Of a stretch of 61,629 nt of DNA, positions 9,821 to 19,353 are shown piece by piece. Location: sequence record DRR723986_7088, one strand, 5' to 3'. Numbering within the stretch: position 1 is the stretch's first letter; every line of letters begins with the position of its first letter. A program made the position numbers and the translations under genes. The notes under the pieces were generated by a model. The model saw only the letters and a program-made list of their open reading frames with translations. It was not told the origin of the DNA and made no database searches.

Positions 9821-10097
9821 AACAACTCCCGAGAACGTTTTTAAACGAGGCAAAAGAGTAAGCGAGCGCGCCCCCTGAAACAAGGGTCAGCCCACCGCCA
9901 AAAATAGGTGGATGCCAGTGCCCCCGAGCCCACCTTTCCAGCCGGGGCGGCACACTCACCACTTGCGGCACCAACGCCGCTATCGTCATTAAGGTAGCCA
10001 AATCACTGCATTATTCACGCTTATGATACGTCGACGGTGGCTTTTTGGAGGAAAACCGCAGCAGTGGTAATAATCCTGTCGATATCCGCGCCCTATT

Positions 10098-10137
10098 CTT
10101 AACAAACCTTAACCTGGGTAGGGTTTTTCAGTATACT
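10098..10137 (+). promoter_or_regulatory. putative acnB sigma70 promoter with overlapping direct repeat
   Basis: TTAACC (10109-14), 17 bp spacer, TATACT (10132-37); CTTAAC-N4-CTTAAC repeat over the -35. Confidence 0.5.
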
Positions 10138-10234
10138 TGCCACCCCATTTCGCATCGATGACGGGCATCGATAGCCCCGGCCTCCGGCGATCCCGGACTA
10201 CGGGTACCGAAACTGATAGAGAGAGGAGTTAACA

Positions 10235-12862
10235 GTGCTAGAAGCATATCGCAAGCATGTCGAGGAGCGCGCGGCGCAGGGCATCGTCCCCAAGCCCCTG
10301 AACGCAGAGCAAGTAGCCGGCTTAGTTGAGCTACTCAAGAATCCGCCAGCCGGTGAAGAAGAGACGCTGGTAGATCTGATCTCGAACCGCGTGCCACCGG
10401 GCGTAGATGAAGCCGCCTACGTAAAAGCAGGCTTCCTGTCTGCCATCGTTAAAGGCGAGGCTAGCAGCCCTCTCATCACCAAAGAAGAAGCCGTTAAACT
10501 GCTGGGCAATATGCACGGCGGCTACAACATCGCAACACTGGTTGAACTCCTCGACGACGCAGCACTGGCTCCTCTGGCTGCCGAAGAGCTCAAGCACACC
10601 TTGCTGATGTTTGATGCCTTCCACGACGTGGAAGAAAAAGCCAAAGCCGGTAACGAGCTGGCTAAAGCGGTTATGCAAAGCTGGGCAGATGGCGAATGGT
10701 TCACCAGCCGCGATGACGTGCCCGAAAGCATTGTTAAAACTGTCTTCAAGGTGACTGGCGAAACCAACACCGATGACCTGTCACCCGCGCCAGACGCGTG
10801 GTCGCGTCCTGATATCCCGCTGCACGCACTGGCCATGTACAAAATGGAGCGCGACGGCATCAAGCCCGACGAGCAAGGCAAAATTGGTCCCTTGGCCCAA
10901 ATTGCTGAGCTGGAGAAGAAAGGCCACCCAATCGCAATGGTTGGCGACGTTGTTGGCACGGGCTCTTCACGTAAATCTGCTACCAACTCGGTACTGTGGT
11001 TCTTCGGTGACGACATCCCCGGCGTGCCCAACAAGCGCGGTGGCGGTGTGTGTATTGGCGGCAAGGTTGCCCCTATCTTCTACAACACCATGGAAGATGC
11101 TGGCGCCCTGGTTTTTGAAGCCGACGTTGAAAAACTCAACATGGGCGATGTAATTGAAATTCGCCCCTATGACGGCGTGATCAAGAACGTTGAAACTGGC
11201 GAAACTCTCAGCGAATTCAGCCTGAAATCTGACGTCCTGCTGGATGAAGTGCGCGCTGGTGGCCGTATCAACCTGATCATCGGCCGTGGTCTGACCACAA
11301 AAGCACGCGAATCATTAGGCCTTGAGCCCTCGACTCTGTTCCGCGTGCCTTCGCAGCCCGCCGACACTGGTAAAGGCTTCACATTGGCCCAGAAAATGGT
11401 CGGACGCGCTTGCGGCCTGCCCGAAGGCCAAGGCGTACGCCCCGGCACTTACTGCGAGCCCAAAATGACTACCGTCGGCTCTCAGGACACCACTGGCCCG
11501 ATGACCCGCGACGAGCTGAAAGATCTGGCCTGCCTCGGTTTCTCTGCCGATCTGACCATGCAGTCTTTCTGCCACACCGCGGCTTACCCCAAGCCCGTTG
11601 ACATCGACACCCAGCACAGCCTGCCAGACTTCATTATGACGCGCGGCGGCGTCTCTCTGCGCCCCGGCGACGGTATCATCCACAGCTGGCTGAACCGCAT
11701 GCTGCTTCCTGACACAGTCGGTACTGGCGGCGACTCTCACACCCGCTTCCCAATGGGTATCTCCTTCCCTGCGGGTTCTGGTCTGGTCGCTTTTGCTGCA
11801 GCCACTGGCGTTATGCCACTGGATATGCCTGAGTCTGTGCTGGTGCGCTTTAAAGGCGAAATGCAGCCCGGTATTACCCTGCGCGATCTGGTTCACGCGA
11901 TTCCCTACCAAGCCATCAAAGATGGTCACCTGACGGTTGAGAAAAAAGGCAAGAAGAACATCTTCTCTGGCCGCATTCTTGAGATCGAAGGTTTGGAAGG
12001 CCTGACGGTAGAACAAGCCTTTGAATTGTCTGACGCCTCTGCTGAGCGCTCTGCTGCGGGCTGTACCATCAAGCAAGGTATCGAGGAAATTTCAGAATAC
12101 CTGCGTTCAAACATCACCCTGCTGCGCTGGATGATCAGCGAAGGCTACGGCGATGCACGCACACTTGAGCGTCGCGCTCGCAAAATGGAAGAGTGGCTGG
12201 CCAACCCAAGCCTGCTCGAAGGCGATGCAGATGCGGAATACGCAGCGGTTATCGAAATCGATCTGGACCAGCTGACCGAGCCCGTGGTTTGCTGCCCGAA
12301 CGACCCAGACGATGCCAAGCTGTTGTCTGAAGTTGCCGGCGACAAAGTTGATGAAGTCTTTATCGGTAGCTGCATGACCAATATCGGTCACTTCCGCGCA
12401 GCCGGTAAACTGCTGGACGCCCACAAAGGCAGCCTCTCTACCCGTCTGTGGTTGTCGCCACCAACCAAGATGGACCAGCACACGCTGATGGAAGAAGGTT
12501 ACTACAACATCTTCGGTGCCGCTGGCGCGCGTATGGAAATGCCAGGATGCTCGCTGTGTATGGGTAACCAGGCACGTGTTGCCGATGGTGCCACGGTACT
12601 GTCTACGTCTACACGTAACTTCCCCAACCGCTTGGGTACTGGCGCCAACGTTTACCTGACCTCAGCCGAGCTGGCAGCGGTTGGCGCGATTGTTGGTCGC
12701 CTGCCTACGCCTGCAGAATACCTGGAATACACTCAAAACCTGAAGAGCATGTCAGCGGACATTTACCGCTACATGAACTTCGATCAAATTGAGTCCTTCC
12801 AGAAAGGCGCTGAAGAAGGTGCGCGCATTGCCTCAGTAGAGATTACTGAAGTTTCTGCCTAA
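10235..12862 (+). CDS. acnB: aconitate hydratase 2 / 2-methylisocitrate dehydratase
   Basis: [55 protein letters not shown]; strong GAGGAG RBS. Confidence 0.98.
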   Translation: MLEAYRKHVEERAAQGIVPKPLNAEQVAGLVELLKNPPAGEEETLVDLISNRVPPGVDEAAYVKAGFLSAIVKGEASSPLITKEEAVKLLGNMHGGYNIATLVELLDDAALAPLAAEELKHTLLMFDAFHDVEEKAKAGNELAKAVMQSWADGEWFTSRDDVPESIVKTVFKVTGETNTDDLSPAPDAWSRPDIPLHALAMYKMERDGIKPDEQGKIGPLAQIAELEKKGHPIAMVGDVVGTGSSRKSATNSVLWFFGDDIPGVPNKRGGGVCIGGKVAPIFYNTMEDAGALVFEADVEKLNMGDVIEIRPYDGVIKNVETGETLSEFSLKSDVLLDEVRAGGRINLIIGRGLTTKARESLGLEPSTLFRVPSQPADTGKGFTLAQKMVGRACGLPEGQGVRPGTYCEPKMTTVGSQDTTGPMTRDELKDLACLGFSADLTMQSFCHTAAYPKPVDIDTQHSLPDFIMTRGGVSLRPGDGIIHSWLNRMLLPDTVGTGGDSHTRFPMGISFPAGSGLVAFAAATGVMPLDMPESVLVRFKGEMQPGITLRDLVHAIPYQAIKDGHLTVEKKGKKNIFSGRILEIEGLEGLTVEQAFELSDASAERSAAGCTIKQGIEEISEYLRSNITLLRWMISEGYGDARTLERRARKMEEWLANPSLLEGDADAEYAAVIEIDLDQLTEPVVCCPNDPDDAKLLSEVAGDKVDEVFIGSCMTNIGHFRAAGKLLDAHKGSLSTRLWLSPPTKMDQHTLMEEGYYNIFGAAGARMEMPGCSLCMGNQARVADGATVLSTSTRNFPNRLGTGANVYLTSAELAAVGAIVGRLPTPAEYLEYTQNLKSMSADIYRYMNFDQIESFQKGAEEGARIASVEITEVSA

Positions 12863-12879
12863 GCCATCGCGTTAAAATC

Positions 12880-12904
12880 AAGCCGCCTTCGGGCGGCTTT
12901 TTTA
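12880..12904 (+). terminator. intrinsic terminator of acnB
   Basis: AAGCCGCC-TTCG-GGCGGCTT followed by a T-tract. Confidence 0.9.
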
Positions 12905-13094
12905 TGCCTGCAATACGCGAAAGTCTATTAGCGCTAATCGTCATTGCATGGGTTGCGGCGATAACCTCGCCAATCAACTGGGCGCGGCACGGAGAAAAAA
13001 GAAGTTAGCTACAAGGCATAGCGTAGTGGCGGTTTTGTCACAACTCAAAGGGCTGAAAGCGACACTCGCCTCCAGCGGCACGTATTAACCCGGT

Positions 13095-13451
13095 CTAGAA
13101 AGACTTAGGGGAAAAGCCTGTCACCTCATCAAGCCCCATCTCGCGCCCCAGTGCGGTAAGCGGGTGCACAACCACCAAGCCTTTTACTGATTTTTTCAAT
13201 TTACCCATGTCAGCTTGCTCGGCCTTGCTTAAAGCCCGCTTGAACTTCATTGCCTGCAGCATTTCAGCCTTGCTGCTGTTACTGCGCGACTGCTGCCCTT
13301 TAATACTGGCACGTCGTTTTTCCAATGCCGCAATTTCACGGTCAAATTGAGCGATCAAGATATCATCATCCCGACTCACCGCCGCTTGACGCTTTCGGCG
13401 CTGTAAATCGAGCTTGTTATTAATTTGCTGAATTTCTTTATTGAGGTTCAC
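13095..13451 (-). CDS. yibL: YibL-family ribosome-associated protein
   Basis: EQADMGKLKKSVKGLVVVHPLTALGREMGL signature. Confidence 0.9.
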   Translation of the reverse strand: MNLNKEIQQINNKLDLQRRKRQAAVSRDDDILIAQFDREIAALEKRRASIKGQQSRSNSSKAEMLQAMKFKRALSKAEQADMGKLKKSVKGLVVVHPLTALGREMGLDEVTGFSPKSF

Positions 13452-13514
13452 TACCCGGTCCTTTTACCCACGGCTACGGCGCGCAGTGTAACAAAAGCGA
13501 CGCCTTATTCCCCC

Positions 13515-13543
13515 TTGAAACAATAACTGTATACATATACAGT
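13515..13543 (+). promoter_or_regulatory. LexA (SOS) box overlapping the yebG promoter
   Basis: CTG-TATACATATA-CAG (13527-13542); TTGAAA -35 (13515-20) and TACAGT -10 (13538-43), 17 bp apart. Confidence 0.9.
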
Positions 13544-13574
13544 TATAAAAAATCACTACAGCAAGAGGTGAACC

Positions 13575-13859
13575 ATGGCGGTTGTAGCCAAGTGGATGTG
13601 CGACAGGGACAACACGATGTTTGACAGCAAAAAAGACGCGGACGCTTACGACAAAATGCTCGAGCTCGCCGAGCAATTTACCGCGCTACTACAGCGTGAA
13701 GTTCCCGGTGTAGACGATGCCAAAGCAGAGAATTTCGGTATTTTACTCGCCAAAAATAAGGATGCACTCGTTCAGGCCTGCAAGGGCAAAGTCGAAGCCT
13801 TAGAGACCTTGTCGCAAGAACAGGACAACAACGTTCACGCATTGGCCCAAGGTCAGTGA
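13575..13859 (+). CDS. yebG: YebG-family DNA damage-inducible protein
   Basis: MAVV...FDSKKDADAYDKMLELA signature; upstream SOS box. Confidence 0.9.
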   Translation: MAVVAKWMCDRDNTMFDSKKDADAYDKMLELAEQFTALLQREVPGVDDAKAENFGILLAKNKDALVQACKGKVEALETLSQEQDNNVHALAQGQ

Positions 13860-13867
13860 AAAAACCT

Positions 13868-13892
13868 AGCGGCTGCCATCAATACAGCCGCT
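13868..13892. terminator. hairpin between convergent yebG and RND gene
   Basis: AGCGGCTG-N9-CAGCCGCT; T-tract follows on the minus strand. Confidence 0.55.
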
Positions 13893-13912
13893 TCCCCCCT
13901 CCTTCGCACACA

Positions 13913-16900
13913 CTAAAGCGGCGCTGACAGCTGTTCTTTAGGCTCGGCTTTCAATTCATCCTCAGCTAAGCCGGGGAAGTATTTCATCAAGTAAGGACGG
14001 CGCAGTACCAGAAAGCTGGTGGGTACGAAGACCAGCGAAAGAATAGTGGTCAACACCGTGCCACCAGCAAGCACCACCGCAAAGGGTGGCCAAAATGTTC
14101 CCTCAGCGATCAACAGCGGGACGAGTCCGGCGACCGTGGTAATTGTCGTCGAGGAAATGTGACGCGTACACTCAGAAACGGTTTCAACAATCTCTGCGCG
14201 ATTGCCCGCCATCGCCAGCGGCGATGCCTTTAGCTCCGTGAGAATAACAATCGCCGCGTTAACCGCCAGCCCCATCAGCCCCATCAGACCGATGATCGCG
14301 GTAAAACCGAAGGGATAACCCGCCAACCACAGACTAAAAATACCCAGTCCCGCCGACTGAAAGGCCACCGCAAACACCAGTGCCGACAGACGGAAAGAAT
14401 TGAAAGCCATTACCACGGTCACGATCAGCAACACCAATATGATGCCAACGCTGCTCATCAGCTTACCAACGGCCCGGTTGCGACCCTCGGCCTCTCCGCC
14501 GATCTCCAGCTCGTAGCCCACTGGAACGATAAAGTCGTGCTCATCCAGGGACTGGCGCACCGCCGCTAACACCACCGCTGGCAGCACGCCGTCGCGAACA
14601 TAGATTTCAACCTTGTTCATTCGCCGACCATCGCGCCGGGTGATCTGGGCTTGCGCGGGACGCAGTTCTGCGCTGGAAATCGCCGACAATGGCCGCGACC
14701 CCGTCGGTAAAATAAGGGGGAAGGACAGGAAGCGGTCAACACTGGTTTCTTTCACACCCGCCCCTGACACCCTAACCGGCAGCTGCTCGCTGCCATCGAG
14801 TAAACTGCTGCTAATAACACCATCGACACTTGCCGCGAGCAGTTGTGAAACATCTCGCAGCCCAACCTGACTGCGCTGCGCCTCACTCTCTTCCACGTCC
14901 AGCCACAATTTCGGCACCACTTCGCCGAGAGAGTCTCGCACGTGCACAACATCATCGAGGTCTAGCGCAATACGCCTCACCTCATCGCCAAGGCGTTTTA
15001 GCTGTGCAATATCGCTGCCGTATATACGCAGCTCAACCGGGGCAATGGTTGGCGGCCCCTGGCCCAAACGCCGAACAATTGTCTGATACTCGGGAAAGGC
15101 TTGGTCCAGCTCATCTTGCAGCACTGAAACAAGACGGTTTGCATTAGTTGGGTCACTAACCGTTGTCATCGCCTGCGCGTAATTTGGCGTGCCGTCGCGA
15201 TTATCCAGCAGGTTGTAGTAAAACGAAGGAGCACTGCGCCCAACAAACCAGTGCAGGGCCTCAATCTCACTGTGGCTATTGATCCACTCGGACATACGCT
15301 CAGTGGCGCGCTGGGTTTCGCGTATGCCAGTACCTGCCGGCAAATACACCTCGATATCAATCATGTCTCGATCCGAGGGCGGGAAGAATTGCTCGGGCAG
15401 GGTTTTCAACACCATAAAGCCAATAAGCGGAAGCACGCAGCACAGCAATGCCACGCGTCGCGGCCACATCAGCGCACGACTGAGAAATGCTCGAAACCAG
15501 CGGTTGATGGCCGACGACGACATTCCCGGCGCCTGCTCGGCAGACAGCCAGCGCCCGGCGATAGGCGCGATGATAAAGAGTGAAATAATCCAGCTACCGA
15601 ACAGCGCAAAAATCACCGAGTTCGCCAAGGGCCCAATAAATTCGCCAGCGGAGCCCGGCATCATGGCTATCGGCATAAAGGTCAGCATGGTCGTTAGCGT
15701 GGAGCCCAGCAGCGGTACCCACAAATGTTTAAATGCCTTAACCGATGCCGCAACCGCCGAATAGCCGGATTCGCGATAGCGACGCACCATATCAGCGACA
15801 ACAATGGCGTTGTCGACCATGATGCCCAGTGCCACGATTAAGCCCGTTACCGACATCTGGTGAATGGGCAAGCCGCTGATATTCATGCAGGCCAGCGCGT
15901 ATAGCATGGTCAGCGGTAGCGACAAAGCGACGATTACCGCCGAGCGCCAGCCCAGGGTAAATAGCAAAATGGAGAAGATAAACAAAAAGCCCAAGGCGAT
16001 ATTGCTGACTAACTCGCTGAGCCTCGCACTGGTATAGCGCTCCTGGGAAAACAACTCTTCAACAACAATTTCATCGGGGAGATTCTTGGTGAATTCCTGC
16101 AACTCGTGGCGAAGATCCTCGGCCCACAAATCCCCGCGCACGGTTGGCAGCATTCGCACTGCAATGGCGATACTCCGCTCGCCATCAATAATCGCCAGCT
16201 CGCTGGGCACCACCGGCTCACCGCGATAGACCCTGGCAATATCTTGCAACTGCAACGAGCCACCATCAGCCAGGGTCAACAGCGGTGTGCGACGAATGCG
16301 CTCGATCTGATCGAAGCCACCCAGTAGCTCCATGGACAGACGTTGCTTATCGCTCACTAACTCACCGGCGGCCGTTTTTGCATCGCTATTGCCCAATAGC
16401 GCGGCAATTGCGGGCACGTCTAGACCCACAGCGCCGGCCTTGATCACGTCCACCTTAACCTGAACTTCCTCGGCCGGTGCCCCCCACAACTTAACAATAT
16501 CGGTACCGTGAAGATTGCGCAGATGGCTGGCCAATTCTTCTGCGTAGCGCCCCATCCGCAGTAAATCCGCCTGCCCTTCCCCCTGCCAGCGAAGGCTACC
16601 AATCCAGGTAAAGGCGTAGTTGCGCTCATGATCCAACTGCGGTGGCGCCGCATCAGCGGGCAGATTTTTCGCTGCCTTTTCCAGCTTGTCGCGAACTTCA
16701 GACCACAGGCGGTCGGTATCGTCGGGCTTTACTTCATCGGCAAATTCAATACTGATCGCGGCAACCCCGGATTTGGCCGTGGAGTCCAGGTGGTTGATCT
16801 CCGGGATGCTGCGCAGCTCGGTTTCTATCGGCTCGACAATCAGTGTTTCAACTCGTTCGGCACTGGCCCCGGGCAGGCTCGACAACACAATTCCGTGACG

Positions 16901-17008
16901 ATTGCCAAAACGCGGATCTTCCAGCCTGGGCAGACTGGCCACCGCCGCCAAACCGGCGACGAGGACCAACGCAACGCCGAGGGCAATGTAGCGCGGATTA
17001 TTCAGCAT
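13913..17008 (-). CDS. RND efflux transporter permease (AcrB/AcrD/AcrF family)
   Basis: PRLEDP, PGASAERVE, GIMVDNAIV, FFPPSDR, C-terminal TM bundle. ATG at 17008 is 6 nt from AGGAGA. Confidence 0.93.
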   Translation of the reverse strand: MLNNPRYIALGVALVLVAGLAAVASLPRLEDPRFGNRHGIVLSSLPGASAERVETLIVEPIETELRSIPEINHLDSTAKSGVAAISIEFADEVKPDDTDRLWSEVRDKLEKAAKNLPADAAPPQLDHERNYAFTWIGSLRWQGEGQADLLRMGRYAEELASHLRNLHGTDIVKLWGAPAEEVQVKVDVIKAGAVGLDVPAIAALLGNSDAKTAAGELVSDKQRLSMELLGGFDQIERIRRTPLLTLADGGSLQLQDIARVYRGEPVVPSELAIIDGERSIAIAVRMLPTVRGDLWAEDLRHELQEFTKNLPDEIVVEELFSQERYTSARLSELVSNIALGFLFIFSILLFTLGWRSAVIVALSLPLTMLYALACMNISGLPIHQMSVTGLIVALGIMVDNAIVVADMVRRYRESGYSAVAASVKAFKHLWVPLLGSTLTTMLTFMPIAMMPGSAGEFIGPLANSVIFALFGSWIISLFIIAPIAGRWLSAEQAPGMSSSAINRWFRAFLSRALMWPRRVALLCCVLPLIGFMVLKTLPEQFFPPSDRDMIDIEVYLPAGTGIRETQRATERMSEWINSHSEIEALHWFVGRSAPSFYYNLLDNRDGTPNYAQAMTTVSDPTNANRLVSVLQDELDQAFPEYQTIVRRLGQGPPTIAPVELRIYGSDIAQLKRLGDEVRRIALDLDDVVHVRDSLGEVVPKLWLDVEESEAQRSQVGLRDVSQLLAASVDGVISSSLLDGSEQLPVRVSGAGVKETSVDRFLSFPLILPTGSRPLSAISSAELRPAQAQITRRDGRRMNKVEIYVRDGVLPAVVLAAVRQSLDEHDFIVPVGYELEIGGEAEGRNRAVGKLMSSVGIILVLLIVTVVMAFNSFRLSALVFAVAFQSAGLGIFSLWLAGYPFGFTAIIGLMGLMGLAVNAAIVILTELKASPLAMAGNRAEIVETVSECTRHISSTTITTVAGLVPLLIAEGTFWPPFAVVLAGGTVLTTILSLVFVPTSFLVLRRPYLMKYFPGLAEDELKAEPKEQLSAPL

Positions 17009-18107
17009 CGACACTCTCCTCGCCCTGCCACAGGGTGACCTTTTGCCCCGGCGCTAAGCGGTGCGTGCCGGCCTCAACAAGCTGGTCGCCATTGTTAAGT
17101 TCAGCTTGCACATAGACGCGCCCGCGGTATTGGTACAGAGGCTGCACCGAACGTTTGCGCAGGTGGAATTCACCCTTGTCATCTTGGCTCACCTGATAGA
17201 CCGCCCATGTACCACGCACATCACCCAGCAGTGCACTCATCGGCAGCCAGAATCCCGCGCTTTTGCGCACGACCGGCAAAATCAAATGCACGGTCTCGCC
17301 ATCAACGAGCGGGGTGTCGTCAACCAACTTCACGCGAATGCTGCGAGTCTGCGTTCGCCAATCCAGGTTTCGCGACACCGACAACAGCTTTACCGCCCAC
17401 AGTTGAGAGCCCCGCCTGATCTGCATCTCCTGGCCGAGAACCAGGTCCCTGCCGAGCTGGTCGGAAACCCCAAAGACAGCTTCGTTATTGCCCGTTTCAA
17501 CCAGCTGCATAACCGCCTGGCCCGGGCCAACGACCACCCCCTCTTCAATTTGAAGCGAGGCAATCTCTCCGTCAAAAGGGGCCAGTAGCCGCGATTTTTG
17601 CAAGCGTAGCTTTACCCCCCGCAATTTTTCTTCCACTTGATTCAGCTGCGCGCTGGTCGCCCTTTGACGGCTATTGATATCATCCATCTGCCCAGCGGAC
17701 ACATACCCTTTTTCCGACAGAGCGGTGAATCGCTCCAAGTCCCGTTTAATCTGCTGCAAGCGTGCCTGAACTTCTAAGCGAGCAGCCCTCAGCTCGCCCT
17801 GCTCGATACGCAGCGCCTCGGTATCGAGTTCGGCCAATACCTCGCCGCGCATTACTGGCTGGCCATTTTCGACGTGTAAGGTCACCACCCGCCCGGCAAA
17901 TTCAAAGCCAATATCCGCACGCTGACTACCCACAACGCGCCCGGCAAATAATCGCTGTACCTGGTAACTGTCTTGGCGTTCCACCACCACCGTTTTCACC
18001 GGATGCGTGTTCGCCATCGTGCAATCCGCCGCCAACATCAGCGATACGCCCATCAACAACGGCAGTAATACACTGGTCAGGCGGCAGGGAAAGTTCGGAT
18101 ATAACAT
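16998..18107 (-). CDS. RND periplasmic adaptor (membrane fusion protein)
   Basis: GFEFAGRV...VENGQPV.RGEVLAELD lipoyl half-motif, coiled coil, LLAPFDG; overlaps the RND gene. Start uncertain. Confidence 0.9.
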   Translation of the reverse strand: MLYPNFPCRLTSVLLPLLMGVSLMLAADCTMANTHPVKTVVVERQDSYQVQRLFAGRVVGSQRADIGFEFAGRVVTLHVENGQPVMRGEVLAELDTEALRIEQGELRAARLEVQARLQQIKRDLERFTALSEKGYVSAGQMDDINSRQRATSAQLNQVEEKLRGVKLRLQKSRLLAPFDGEIASLQIEEGVVVGPGQAVMQLVETGNNEAVFGVSDQLGRDLVLGQEMQIRRGSQLWAVKLLSVSRNLDWRTQTRSIRVKLVDDTPLVDGETVHLILPVVRKSAGFWLPMSALLGDVRGTWAVYQVSQDDKGEFHLRKRSVQPLYQYRGRVYVQAELNNGDQLVEAGTHRLAPGQKVTLWQGEESVDAE

Positions 18108-18123
18108 AGGGCGGAACTCTAAT

Positions 18124-18174
18124 TAGACTCGGTAGTCTAGAATATAGGGAAATCAGACTGGACTGTCTAGTCCA
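18124..18174. promoter_or_regulatory. two palindromic TetR operators
   Basis: TAGACT-CGGT-AGTCTA (18124-39) and TGGACT-GTCT-AGTCCA (18159-74) between the divergent pump and TetR genes. Confidence 0.75.
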
Positions 18175-18217
18175 TTTTGGTTACGGTATTTCAACAATCT
18201 AAAGTAAGGCCTAAGAA

Positions 18218-18835
18218 GTGAGTCAAGAGAAAAATCGCGGTCGCAGTAAGAGCGAGGAAAAACGCCGCTTAATCATTGATGCGGCAGGCGACCTATTTAT
18301 GGAGCAAGGCTATGAAAATGCCAGCATGGACGGTATCGCCAAGCTCGCGGGCGTCTCAAAACAGACGCTCTACAGCCATTTTGGCGGCAAAGAGCAACTA
18401 TTTAGCGCCGCGATTGAATGCAAATGCGAGGAGTACCAACTCGACTCCAGCCTGAGCAACACCGACAACAACTATCGAGACAGCCTGCAGGAATTTTGCG
18501 AGCAGCTTGCCCGCCTACTGGTAAGCCCTGAGGCCTTGCAGGTTTTCCGTGTATGTGTGGCGGAGGCTGACCGCACAGAGGTCGGCAACTTGTTTTGGCA
18601 GGCAGGCCCTGAAAGAATCCGCAATCAACTGCACGTTTTTTTGAATAAACAATGTCAGTTGGGCAATTTGGTTATTCCCAATATCGACCAAGCCTGCAGC
18701 CAATTGATTGCCATGCTCCACGGTGAGGCTCACGCCTGCGCCCTACTCGGCATGCCCTGCGATGAAAGCAACAGAGACCTGTCGAATTACAGCCGCGCCT
18801 GCGTTGATATGTTTCTCTGCCGCTACGAGGCCTGA
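18218..18835 (+). CDS. TetR/AcrR-family transcriptional regulator
   Basis: HTH IIDAAGDLFMEQGYENASMDGIAKLAGVSKQTLYSHFGGKEQLF. Confidence 0.95.
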   Translation: MSQEKNRGRSKSEEKRRLIIDAAGDLFMEQGYENASMDGIAKLAGVSKQTLYSHFGGKEQLFSAAIECKCEEYQLDSSLSNTDNNYRDSLQEFCEQLARLLVSPEALQVFRVCVAEADRTEVGNLFWQAGPERIRNQLHVFLNKQCQLGNLVIPNIDQACSQLIAMLHGEAHACALLGMPCDESNRDLSNYSRACVDMFLCRYEA

Positions 18836-19353
18836 TCGTCCTCTTTCAATGCCTTCGGCGGCGCTACCCACCCCGGCGGTAATTTAATCACCGGCTTCTG
18901 CAATAGCGCGCTATTCGGGTAGGTGATCGTGCCACCGTCGTCGCGCCGAATCAGCACATGGAACGAGGCAATTTCCACTATCTCGCCGGAAATATCTTCA
19001 TCGGCATCAACCACCTTTACTCGGTCGCCAACCCGGTACGGGAAGGCAAAGAAGATAATCACCCCCGCCGTTAAATGACTCAGAATCGACCACTGAGCAA
19101 ACAGGGCAATACCAATTACTGCGAGCACAGAACTGAGGAAGATATACACCTGGTGATACCCCAGGCCCAGCACGAAACACGCCGCCAATATAGAGAGCAG
19201 CACCATAGAAAAGTTGAGTAGCTTGCGCAGCGCAAACACTCGGCGGCTCGCTATCGACCGCCGCTCAGCAAAGTCGTCCACCAGTCGATTAAGGGCTCTA
19301 TTGAAATAAATAAGGGCCACAACCACAGCAATGGCCAACAGTGCCTTAAGCAT
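18823..19353 (-). CDS. small MscS-family mechanosensitive channel protein
   Basis: IALFAQWSILSHLTAG, PYRVGDRV, ITYPNS. Confidence 0.85.
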   Translation of the reverse strand: MLKALLAIAVVVALIYFNRALNRLVDDFAERRSIASRRVFALRKLLNFSMVLLSILAACFVLGLGYHQVYIFLSSVLAVIGIALFAQWSILSHLTAGVIIFFAFPYRVGDRVKVVDADEDISGEIVEIASFHVLIRRDDGGTITYPNSALLQKPVIKLPPGWVAPPKALKEDDQAS

